64,000 nt of DNA from NCBI GenBank assembly GCA_047967505.1, contig CM106538.1; one strand, given 5' to 3'. This stretch comes from Dipteris shenzhenensis. Lineage: Eukaryota. The position numbers and the translations under genes are program-made. Below the pieces are notes generated by a model. That model was not told the origin of the DNA and made no database searches. It saw nothing but the letters and a program-made list of their open reading frames with translations. Positions 23,830-36,100 of the stretch are shown here, piece by piece; positions within the stretch are counted from its first letter, which is position 1; each line of letters opens with the position of its first letter.

Positions 23830-26489
23830 TGTTGGAACACTGAAAAAAGAGAGTAGAGTTGACACAAAATCAGAATACTTGCATTACTTGGTTGTAGAAT
23901 GAAGAAGAGTGAGGTCCTTAAGTAGGCACCTCATACATGCTCACTGACATCACTGATGACTTCAGAGCTCCACAATCATCTCCTCAATCTGCTCCTAGAT
24001 TCACTCAATCATCCTATGTGGCTTTTCCACCACCTAACTGTGCTTGTGGGCACCTAACTGTGCCTCTAGCACTCACACATAGAAACATAAGGTGTGCCTG
24101 AGGCATACACCTTGAGATATCCCAACAAACCCCCCCTCAAGGGAATGCCTCAAGCTATGTCAAGGATACATCTAGTCTCATAGTTTCTCATGCCATCTCA
24201 TGGTGGTCAAGGATAAATCTATGGCTAGGTTCTCATGCTAGCAAGGGTTTCCTTGGGTGTAAGGTAAACAGAAAGGGATACAAACAGACCTTCCAATGGT
24301 TATCTCCCCTACATGTACATGCACACAATGTCTGTAGGAGGTACCATGGAACAAACATACACATGGCCTACATCATAAGGTGACCAGAGGTGTTTACAAA
24401 ACACACAACACACAATAATTTATTTTCATTCATTTTGGAGGACTATCCAGGCTGAGTACCTTGACATAAAAAGAGAGATCTGGAGCATACATAGAGATGA
24501 TTTAAAATGCATAATCTTCATGGGATGCCTCATCTTGTGGAGGCAAATTCATTGTAAGTAGATTTGCATTTTCTGTCTTTGCTTTGTCTCTGCAGAACTT
24601 CTCACTATGGTTGGTTTTGCCACAGTGCTTACATGGATTAACTTTGAAGCAGTCCTTTGAAAGGTGATTTGTCTTTCCACAGTGATTGCAAGGAGAATAC
24701 TTGCCCTTCTGGAATTTCATAACATAAGCAGTGTCATTGCCTTTCCTTAACTCCATATGTCTTTCTTCTTCTTGGAGAGCTGAGATAATGCCTTCAAGGT
24801 TTGGATTGGGAAGATTCTTCAAAGTGCTTACAATGTGATCAAAGCTTTCAGGCATACTCTTAAGTAGTACTGCCATAGCATCATCAGGGGTGATAGGAGA
24901 GTTGATAGAAGCTAACTGAGTCATAAGACTCCGCATATAGTTGACATGGGCATCTAAAGTAGTATCACTTGCCATCTTTAATTCAAAGAAAGAGATTTTA
25001 AGTGATAGTTTAGAAATATGAGAGCTTGCACCAAAAATCAAATCTAGCTTCTGCCATGCTTCCGCCGATGGAGACTCCAAGTCAGATATATGATGTATGT
25101 AATCATCTCCCAAAGCTAAAGCAATTATACCATATGCTTTTTCTTCTCTTGCTGGATCCCTTGCCGGTCATGTCGGAGCTGAAGATTCTCCAACATTTGA
25201 GGCCATAGAAGAAGCGGTAGGAGTAGGTTTGACAAGTCCCCATAAGTTCTCCCGCATTAATGCAAATTTTACCTTCATTTGCCATGTATGGAACCCCTTT
25301 CCATTGAACTTCTCAAGATTATATAAAGTAGCCATGAGAGGGTCTAACCCAGATATTGGGCAGTGTCTCTCTCTCTTACAAGGCAAAAAAGAACTGAAAT
25401 ACTTCCAAAGTATAGCCACTTGATGTAGCAAATAGTAGTGACTAGTTTTCAAACAATGATGCTACTTTTGCATGCTTCATAGGAGTGAATGAAATAAACA
25501 CTTTCCAATCACAACCAAGTCTAGCAAGTCAAAACAAAACTGAAGCAACACTTGTAGTGAAGTTATTAAAAACTTTAAAAGACCAGAAATGCTAGAGTAG
25601 CATTTTATGTAGCATCATTTTCAAAAGTATGTCAAAACTGTCAAAACTAGAGAGCTGAACTTGGAGGGCTCATATCACACTCTTCAAAGCAAAAGAAAGA
25701 GGGCTTTCTGAGGAAAAAGAAAGCTGGTATACCACAGTAGATCCTCTGGGAAGAAGAGGCGAAAATATGTGTCAGGTCGCCTTCACCTTCTTGAACAAAG
25801 TCGACTGGTTTTTCTCTGTTTTCTCCTTCAATATGCAGCCATTACTGCTCAGATTTCAGCACAAGGTAGCTCTAGGTATGGAGAAGCTTGCCCTAGAAGG
25901 AATTAGGGAAAGACAGAGCAGGCGCAGAGAACTTGCAGTAGAGAATTTCGACGATGTTTCTGCAATGGCGACGAGCAGTGCACGTATTTCGTCAATTCCT
26001 TCCAGCCCGAAGTTCGCCCAATCAAGAGGGATCTCCAGCAGAAAGGGCATGGGAAATGGTTGAGGATTCAAGGAGAACAAGCTCAAGCAAATTTTTGGGA
26101 GAAGAGGGAGAGATGGTGAAGAAGAAGAAGAAGAAGAAGATGATGATGTGGCAGAAATGGGCTCAAGGGGGATCAAATGGCTCTGATACCATGTTGGAAC
26201 ACTGAAAGGAGAGAGTAGAGTTGACACAAAATCAGAATACTTGCATTACTTGGTTGTAGAATGAAGAAGAGTGAGGTCCTTAAGTAGGCACCTCATACAT
26301 GCTCACTGACATCACTGATGACTTCAGAGCTCCACAATCATCTCCTCAATCTGCTCCTAGATTCACTCAATCATCCTATGTGGCTTTTCCACCACCTAAC
26401 TGTGCTTGTGGGCACCTAACTGTGCCTCTAGCACTCACACATAGAAACATAAGGTGTGCCTGAGGCATACACCTTGAGATATCCCAACA
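23830..26489 (-). mobile_element. Gag-only non-autonomous LTR retrotransposon (TR-GAG-like) #2
   Basis: 298-bp LTRs at 23830-24127 and 26192-26489 (2 mismatches seen), TSD AGGTT at 23825-23829/26490-26494, PBS at 26180-26191, PPT after 24127, no pol. Confidence 0.95.
24502..25335 (-). pseudogene. gag: gag (277 codons) with two CCHC knuckles and one in-frame TGA at 25168-25170
   Basis: ORFs 25168-25452 and 24502-25113 share a frame; contains CNHCGKTNHLSKDC and CKHCGKTNHSEKFC. Confidence 0.9.
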
Positions 26490-29400
26490 AGGTTGGGCAC
26501 CTTCCCTTATAGGTATCGTGTGTACTACCACATCTGGTGAAATTCCTTTCATCTCTTTGTTATGACCATGCCAGGCAGTCATAGTATTCCATTAGGAGTG
26601 CTTTGATCTCGGTTTCATCTTCTTGTCGAAGCTGTTTCCCAATGAAAACCAATTTTTCTTCCTCCCCTTCAAGGGCGAGGTTCATAGGACAACTTAGGAT
26701 GCTAGAGAGTGCAGCTCCTTCAAGTTGGCATTGTGAAGAGAGTGGGAGAGAAGGAAGGAATCTCACTTGCAGCTTTCTCACATACACAATGGGGGAATAT
26801 GCACAAAGGTGGAGGCTAAAAACAGTTTTCCTCTTCTTAGTTGTGAAAGCTAAAAGAACTCTAAGTACAAAAGAATAGGTGAACCCTATATGTGGGTCTC
26901 AAACCAAACTCAGAACTAAGGTGGCATACTTACTGAGCCACTAACTAGAGTATATAAAGATAGCTGTCATCTAGCTATTATTCATGGGCGTTGTACCAAC
27001 CGCATCATCTGCACCTAACAAGTCGGTGACATAAATGCACAATGGTCACCCTGGCATACCACGGGTGGAGCTCGATATCTCCACTCCCCCTTGAGCTCAA
27101 TCCCAATTCCTACACACCAAGAAGGTCTCTAAACTTGAGTAGCTTCTCTGCACCCAATGCCTTCGTGAATATGTCAGCTACTTGATCCTCTATGCTGACA
27201 TAAACTAGATCAATAAAACCTACTAGAACCTTCTCTTGCACATAGTGATAACGCACCTCAATGTGCTTTGTTCTAGCATGATAGACTAGGTTATTTGCCA
27301 AGTGTATACTACTCATGTTGTCACAATAAATGACAACTGGCCCACCTGTAGACTGATACATATCATAAAGTAGCTTATGCAACCAAGCTACCTCACATGC
27401 AGCCATTGCTACACCCCTGTACTCAGCCTCTGTGCTCGACAAGGCAACTGTAGGTTGTTTCTTGCTACTCCAAGTGATTGTAGCACTCCCAAAAGAGAAC
27501 ATATATCCACTTGTAGATCGTCTATCAGAATTACTACTAGCCCAATCAGCATCAGTGTATCCATGCAACTGTATTTGAACCCCAGTCTCATAAAATAGTC
27601 CATACTACAATGTGGACTTCACATACCTCAGTATGCGTCTAGCCGCATCCAAATGCAGTTTCCTTGGAGCCTGCATAACTGACTTGCCAACACAACAGCA
27701 TAGCTCAAATCTAGCCTAGTAATAGTCATGTAAATCAAACTTCCTACTATGCATCTATACATAGTAGGGTCTTCCAGAATCTATAATGCATCTGCACTCA
27801 ACTTCACATTCTACTCCAAAGGAACTAAAATAGGCTTATAGATTCTCATCCCATATTTGGACACAATGTCCAATCCATACTACCTCTGCAAGAGCCATAT
27901 CCCACTTGTGGATCTAATCACCTCAATGCCCAAGAAGTAACGCAACTCTCCCAAATCCTTCATCTCAAACTTCTGCTTCAATAGCATTTTCACATGAAGG
28001 ATATCTTCATCACTATCACCTGTGATGATCAGATCGTCAACATAAATGACAAGCAACATAATGCCTTTCTCTGTGTTTCTCACATAAAGTGAGAAATCTG
28101 CCTTGGAAATCTGAAAGCCAATAGTGACAAGATACTGTGTTATCTTGTCAGACCATGCTCTGGGTGCTTGCTTCAAGCCATGCAAGGCTTTCTTCAACCT
28201 GCAAACAAACTCAGGATGAACAGCATGAACATAACCTAGTGGCTGCTCCATATAGACCTCTTCTTGGAAATCACCATGCAAGAAAGAATTCTTTACATCC
28301 ATCTGATGTAAAGACCATCCCTTTGATGCAGCCATAGCAATGATTGCTCTTACGGTTGCTATCCTTGTAGCCAGATTGAATGTTTCTTCATAATCAATGC
28401 CATATGTATGTGCATACCCCTTGACAACTAATCTTGCCTTGTATCTGTTCACAGAATCATCTGCATTGTGCTTCACCTTATAAACCCACTTGCAACCAAT
28501 TGCATTCTTGTATTTAGGCAAAGGCACCAATTCCCATGTAGCATTTGCTTCCAAGGCATCCATTTCTTTATCCATGGCTTTCTCCCATTTTTCTTTTCCC
28601 ATGGCTTGCTCAAAAGAAGTGGGTTCTGGTTCATGTATCACTTTGACCATATAGGCATAGTGAATGGCTATAAATCCATCATATTTTAGCCTATCCATAG
28701 GATACCTAGCTCTGGTAGACTTGTGCAAAATAGGCTCACTACCAAGTGCTCTCAAAACATCCCTTGTCTTCCTTGCTCTAGGTGTAATAACAGAAGGAAT
28801 ACCCAACTCATCATCAAGGCTCTGTTCTGAGCCATTGGATTCACCATCCACATAAGAGTGACCTGCATTCACATCAACCATGGGCTGATCTACTTTCTCT
28901 TTTTCTTTTCGTGATACTTGCATACCACTATCTGCATTGCTTTGAGGAGATCCTCTTGATCTCAATCTACCTGTCCATGGTGAAGTATGTGAACCACTGC
29001 TAGAGGACACTACAAGTCCACTAATATTTTGTGATTATTGCTATGAATTCTGTGCAGCATTACCATTTTGTGTATCTACATCATCAATCACATTTATTGG
29101 TTTATACTAGCTACTTATATCATCAAAAATAGCAACTCTTCTCACTATTAACTTACGAGTAGAAGGGTTATAGTATCTATACCCTTTCTGCTGCAGAGAA
29201 TAACCAATAAAGATGCACTTCTCAGCTTTTGGATCCAACTTGGATCTCAACTCATCTGTCTCATGAACATAGGCAATGCAACCCAAAACTTTCAAATGAG
29301 AAATATCTAGTTTCCTACCAGTATACCTCTCCTCGGGCGTCATGCCATGTATTGTTGTAGTGGAAGCCTGCTCATTGTGTAGACTGCTGTGGCAACTGCT

Positions 29401-30866
29401 TCAGCCGAATAATAATTTGGCAGGTCTTTTTTGTTGAGCATGGTACAAGATACCTCTCTAATATGCCTGTTTTTCCTTTCTACAAGTCCATTTTGCTGTG
29501 GAGTATGACTGCATGAATAATGCTACTTTATGCCATGCTCCTGCAAGAAACTTACAAACTCATTTGAGAGGTACTCTCCCCCTCCATCTGACCTTAGGCA
29601 TTTTATTTGTAGGCCTATTTCTTTTTTAACCATAGCTTTAAAAGCTTTGAAATGCCCAAACACTTCACTTTTCTTTTTCATAAAATATACCCAAACTTTT
29701 TTGCTGTAGTCATTAATAAAAGTGACAAAATAATGACAGCCTCCAATAGATGCAGCTTTAGTAGTCCACACATCAGAGTGGATTAATTCCAATGGCCTCT
29801 TTTTTTCTTGAACATGTCTAGGAAATGGTTTCCTTGCCTGTTTTCCAAATTGATAGGCTTCACATACCTTATGCATTTGTGCCAGATATCAATATCTGCA
29901 ACTACACCTGTCCCATGTGCAAACATTGCTGCACTCAATTCAAGCATGTCCGCATCCAACATAAACATCCTACCCTTCTTCTTCCCTTTTGCTATCAAGC
30001 GACCTTTATTTTTCATATCCTCAACAAAGCATCCATGAGGATTAAATCTGACCTGCAAGTCTTGCTCAACCATTTGACCAATAGAAACTAGGTTCTTGGT
30101 GATATTCAAAACATGAAATACATCAGACAGGTATTTCTTTTTTCCATCCTACATAGACATAAGAATTTTACCAATCTGCACAATAGGATGTGCAGTTTCA
30201 TCACCAGCCTCCACAAATCTTGGTCCTGCATTTATTTTGCATGACCTGTCATGTGGTTTGACGCACCTGAGTCAACATACCACACATCATTGCTTTCTTT
30301 TGCACTTTTTACAGAATTGGTCATGTGCTGCACCATAAACATATGCTCATTTCTGTCATCACCCTGTCTACTAGAGGGTGCATAATTGCTTTGCTGCAAT
30401 TTTCTAGTCATGATGTCATTCTGCTTTTTATAGCAATCTTTAACCATATGACGCATTTTACCATAGTAGCAGCATTCAACATTGCTGTTTGCATTTTGGC
30501 CTCTCTGCCATCCACCATGACCTCTTTGGGGACCCCTGCCTCTAAAGTTACCACGTCCTCCTCCATAGGACTGGTTTTCTTGAATTTCCTACATATTTTG
30601 ATTTCTACCTGTTGAGAGTTCACGCTCAACATCATGTGATCATGTGTGCATAGCACCATCACGTGATCATATGTGCATAGCACTAACCTTATAGAGTGCT
30701 ATAAAGGAAAGGGTTAGCTCCCCTAACCCTAACCCTAAAAGGGTTTGTATATATTCTATTTTTTCAACTAATTCTAGTGTACAGTTAGTCATTTGTGGTG
30801 TGCTCTCTAGCTGTGCCCTCTCTCCTCATCTCCACTCTTCTCCTCTCCCCTCTTCATATTTTGTCA

Positions 30867-30878
30867 TGGTATCAGAGC
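30867..30878 (+). promoter_or_regulatory. Primer-binding site (tRNA-iMet)
   Basis: TGGTATCAGAGC immediately after the LTR CA end. Confidence 0.95.
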
Positions 30879-31621
30879 CTCCCTTGTCTTCCGTTGAGAC
30901 ATTGAGTTTCTTGAGAGTGTGAGAGAGATTGTGAGATTGAGAGTTCTCTTGAGTGATTGTGAGATCCTTCCCTTCACTTCCGTTGAGAGAAAATTCCGTC
31001 CATTAACTTTCTTGAGAGTTCTTTGTGAGATTGAGTTTTCTTTTCCATGAGAGAAAATTTCCGTTCAATTTCGTTCATTGAAAGTTCTTTCTTCCTTGAG
31101 AGACAAGAGAGGTGTAAAGAGAGGTGTTCATTCCCGAGTCGAGCTTTGGAGCTATGGGTCTCTACATGTAGTCTTCTCTCTCTCACTCAACGAGAATGGA
31201 ATGAACACGGTTTCCGAGAGCTCCCTAGCCTCCAGCATAGCTCCAAGCATTTGCTGGCTACTCCAGCACAGTCGCGACTCACCTCTAGTCTGAGGTCTCC
31301 AACATCTACGAGATTCACGACAATCAACGGACCTTGCAATCAAACAACAGCAAATCAGCTCATGGGCTCCTAGTAGCGCGCACAGTCGGCAGCAACACTG
31401 TCTTGCTTCAACGACCTCTAAGGCTTCGACAGCCACCACAGTTCAAGGCCTTAAGGTCTCAACGCTTATTGACGGACCAGCGCCTAGCACCTTCTCCATC
31501 TCCAATGACCGACGGCCTCTCGCGGACGATAGGCAGGCTCTTGAAAGCTCCTTCGCATCTTCAACGGCCCTTGGCTGCAAGCGACGATAGGTGAGGCGCT
31601 GCACCATGGCAGCGCAAGCAG

Positions 31622-32059
31622 TGGCGAAGGATACACGGTAAAGCCCAGCTTCGACTTCTTGCCATAGTCCACGGAGAGCCACTCCAGAAGAAGACTGGCA
31701 AGGCTGGAGCCAGTGCCGCCTCCGACCGCTAGCTTCCTAATGCGGTCAAGGCAGAGATCCACAATCTCCTTTCCAATGGTATAGTGGCCTCGGGCGAAGT
31801 CGTTTGCAGCATCCTCCTTGCCGCTGATGAGCTGCTCAGGATGGAAGCGCTGCCTGTACGTGCCAGTGCGAACCTCGTCGATCACAATGGTCTCAAGATC
31901 TAGGAAAATAGCTCGTGGGACATGCTTGCCAGCTCCGGTCTCGCTGAAGAAGGTGTTGAACGTGTCGTCGCCACCGCCCACAGTCTTATCGCTTGGCATC
32001 TGGCCATCGGGCTGGATGCCATGCTAGAGGCAGTACAGTTCCCAGCAGGCGTTGCCCAC
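31622..32059 (-). pseudogene. TUA: Intronless alpha-tubulin fragment (codons ~16-175) with a nonsense codon and a 14-codon deletion
   Basis: Translates [102 protein letters not shown], matching the highly conserved alpha-tubulin sequence. Confidence 0.97.
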
Positions 32060-32174
32060 GGGTGCTCAACAACAACTCGACCAAGCACACAGGCTTTCCA
32101 ACAGACTTCCAACAGACGCTGCGACGGAATCGGCATCTTTGACAGAATCTCTGAAAGATTTCGGCGGCCCACGA

Positions 32175-32330
32175 GGCGACACGTGGCATCCCACACTCAA
32201 CCCAACCTTATCCTCAGGGTCACCACTCACCCTAGAAGTGGTCTGCAGGTTGACACGTGGCAGACCTTATCTGCCACGTCACCATCGGAGCCACGTCATC
32301 AGTGCCATGTAAGCAGTCCACGTACAGTGA
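32175..32330. promoter_or_regulatory. Cluster of G-box/ABRE-like ACGT motifs with a 10-bp hairpin
   Basis: GACACGTGGC twice, GCCACGTCA twice, CCACGTA; stem ACGTGGCAGA/TCTGCCACGT at 32255-32279. Confidence 0.5.
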
Positions 32331-33122
32331 CACATCATCATTGAGCACCATTTGCACTCCTTTTGCCCCTCCACCTAGATCAAGTCATATCTCTTGATCC
32401 AGGAAGAATTTGAGGGTGCTCCAAAAAGGAAAGTCGCTCGATTTTTCGTGCTCTACGCGCTCGTTACATCACATGCACATTTCAGTGCAAGTTACACTCA
32501 CATTTGAGCCTCGTCGACAAAACCACTTCCTTCACGCACATTTGCCTCTACATCGACGCATCTGACCCAGCACTTAAAAAGAACAAAGGAAAAGGAATTA
32601 TTTGCTGCTCTTTCATCGATCGATGGTTGGTTTAGATCTAGATCAGAGCAGACTAGATCGCCATAGAGGGGACGCTTTGAATTCCCCAAGTTGCCAATCT
32701 AAGCCATGCCCGAAATTCCCGACTAGTACCTACTCGGAGTCAGTCCATACGCTCACATCTGATTTCACATCATTGCATTACCTGAAACCTTACGTTCATC
32801 AGTTCAGTGAGCAGACTTCAGAGTTCAGAGGCATTGCAGATTGATTCAGTGGGCAGATAGCACTTGATTTCACACACACATGCCACCATTGTAAAGCCTA
32901 TTTGGCTATCTCACGGCATCGTGCACATCATTTTTCAGCCTTGTAAAGCCTCTTGGCTATTCCCGGCATCATTGCCACAAGCCTTGTAACACAGATCAGA
33001 TTTTGTATACTTCAGTTCTATCTTCACCGACGGTACAGAGATTTCACTTGGCATCTTCAGTGTCTTTGCAGTTGATTCATACAGAGTTTTCCAGGACACT
33101 TTTTGAGTACATTGCTTGCACC

Positions 33123-36100
33123 ATGTCGACTAGCAACCTCAATCTGGAGGCATCTGCTAAGTTAGACAACTCCAATTATGGTACATGGAAATACTGAATG
33201 GAGACCATTCTTGTGCTTCAGGACAAATGGGAGTATGTCGATGGATCCATACCTAGACCATTGGCCGATCCAGCCACCAGTAGCTCTACTCCATCTGTTG
33301 TCACAACACCAGCAACGGGATCTACATCGGGATCTACATCTACACAAACAGTTTTCGCATCAGTAGCAGATCCTGCCATTGCCCGAGCTCAATCAGAATG
33401 GGATAAGAAAGACAAGTATGCCTATCACCTGATCAAGCAGAATGTGCAAGATGTCATGCTAGGACAGCTCAACACAGTCAAGACATCAAAAGAAGCATGG
33501 GATATGTTCGCAGCTCTCTACGAGTCCAAGAACACATCCAGGATTCTCACCTTGAGAAACCAGATCAACCAGAGTTTCTGCAATAGCAATGAAACCGGTC
33601 ATGCTTATGTACTCCGCATCAAAGACTACAACAATCAACTTGCAGCAGCAGGAGAGACTATGAATCCCGCAGAAATGGTTCAAGTAATCCTGAATGGACT
33701 AGGAGAAGGATATGAGAATCTAGTCCAGAGTATTGCCATCCAACGGCAAATTCCAACACTGGAAGAACTTCAGTCAGTTCTACTTGGTGAAGAACTCAGG
33801 ACTCAAGCCATTCAAGCATGTAAAGTAATGATCAGGCATTCACCGCTTCAGACAGAAGCAGAGGCAAAGGCAGAAACAGAGGTAGATCATATCAGAAAAG
33901 TGGTCATCATCATTAACAAAATCAAAGTCAGAATCAGCATCAGCATCAGCAGCATCCTCAGCAACATCAAAATCAGCAAGGAGGAAATCATTCCAACCGA
34001 GGAAGATTCCAAGGACGAGGGAATGCATCCACCAATGTGTCAAACATTCAATGCAACTATTGTCACAAGTTTGGACACTATGAAAGAGATTGCCACAAGA
34101 AGCAGTATGACCAAGGCGGTCAATCTAGCAGTAATCGAGGGAATTCCGGAGGAAGAGGAAATCATCGTGGTGGACATTCTAGTCACAGTCATTTTGCAAA
34201 TGAACATGGAAATATGTTTCTTGCAAGTGAGGAATTGCGTCAGACTGATACAATGCACCTAGACACTGATTTCAATCCCAAAGAAGATTTCAGTTATCAA
34301 GTCGACCAAGTGGAACAGGATCCTTGGTACATCGACAGCGGTGCATCATCTCATATGACAAATCATTAGGAATGGTTCACAGAAATGAAGCCATTAGAAG
34401 GTCAAAAGAATGTCATCTATACCGCAGACAATACACCGAATCCGGTTCAAGGGACAGGTGTTATCCCTATGAACAATTTCACTGGTACAAAAGGATTAGT
34501 CAAAGATGTGCTCTATGTTCCGAAGCTCAGCAAGAACCTTTTGTCAGTAGGTCAAATGACGGAACACAACTACAAAGTCATCTTCGACGGTGATGAATGC
34601 ACTATCAGAGACAAATCCAAAAGAGGTCAGCTAGTAGCAAAAGGTGTCAAGGAAGGACGCTTGTACAGGATGCTAGCTACAGTACCAGATAAGCATGCCA
34701 TGTCAGCTCAAATGCAACAGATGCCACTATCTGCAAAATGGCACAAGAGATATGGTCATGTCAACTTCAAGTACTTGTTAGATCTAAGGAATCAAAATAT
34801 GGCAATTGGGATTCCGAAGCTACAGTTTCTTGGAAAGGTTTGTGAAGCATGCTGCTTCGGCAAACAAAAGCGAACCAACTTTGTCAGAAGTACCTCTCGT
34901 GCATGAGGTATTCTTGATTTAATTCATACAGATGTATGGGGTTATGCCCAGACCCGCAGCATCAATGGTTCACTTTATTACTTGACCTTCATCGACGACT
35001 ACAGTAGATATTGTTGGGTCTACTTTCTGAAAGAGAAATCTGAAGTTTTTTTCAAAGCCATGGTAGAAAACCAAACAGGCAGAAAGATCAAGGTCATGAG
35101 ATCAGACAGAGGAGGTGAATACATGTCTTTAGCCTTCATGAACTTTTGCAAAACTCACGGCATTCGAAGACAATTCACATGTGCAGATACTCCTCAGCAA
35201 AATGCAATAGCTGAAAGGAAGAATGGGACTTTAGTAGACAGTGCTAGAGCAATGCTTAGTGAAAAGCATCTTCCGAATCAGTATTGGGCAGAAGCAATAG
35301 CTACAGCTAACTACTTGCTTAATCGGCTTCCTACCGAACCGATACAAGGAATGACTCCTTATGAAGCATTCACTGGACACAAGCCACGCATTGGGCATCT
35401 CCGCATATTTGGTTGCATAGCATATGCCCACATACATGATGATCATCGCAGGAAATTGGATGCGAAGTCATGCAAATGCATCATGGTTGGCTAGAGTGAA
35501 GAAAGTAAAGCATACAAATTGTATGATCCCATCAACCGCAAAGTCATTATCTCCAGAGATGTAATCTTCGATGAGGAATCAGAATGGAAAACCTCACCTA
35601 CACAGGAGATAGAAGCATCGACTTCACAGTCATCTACAGAACAGGTTGATGAAGAAGAGCAAGAATTGCCAGCAACACCCCAATCAGCGTCACAGCAGCT
35701 CAGACGGTCTACTAGGGAAAGCAGACCACCAGCCAGATTGACATATGCTCAGAAAGGCAAAGCACTTCAGGTGGAAACCACCAACTATGCTCTTATGACT
35801 ACCATCATGGCTACAGAAGAGCCAGTGTACTTCGAAGACGCAGTAGACAAGCCAGAATGGCAAACTGCCATGAATGAAGAAATGGATGCTTTGTATAAAA
35901 ATAACACTTGGGAATTATGCGACCTTCCACCAGGAAAGAAGGCCATAGCCAACAAATGGGTATACAAAGTGAAGTACAATCCAGATGGCAGTATTCAGAG
36001 ATACAAAGCCAGATTAGTTGCAAAAGGATTTGCACAACAATATGGCCAAGATTATGATGAGACTTATGCTCCAGTAGCAAAGATGGATTCCATACTGTTC

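Larger units (their letters stand above)
22636..26731 (-). pseudogene. Degenerate Gypsy RT-RNase H fused by deletion to the integrase C-terminus, interrupted by gag-only element #2
   Basis: LVFIGKQL..LLMEYYDCLAWS..EMKGISPDVVVHTIP; LGHIVSQHGI; YFAS; NYTTTEREAQAMVYSVKKF joined near 22868 to GTYQV..INGSQLKRY. Confidence 0.85.

Noticed and set aside
31484-31999. 171-aa ORF as a functional tubulin gene
   Set aside because: Partial, with an upstream in-frame stop, an internal deletion, a non-tubulin C-terminus, and located inside a TE leader.
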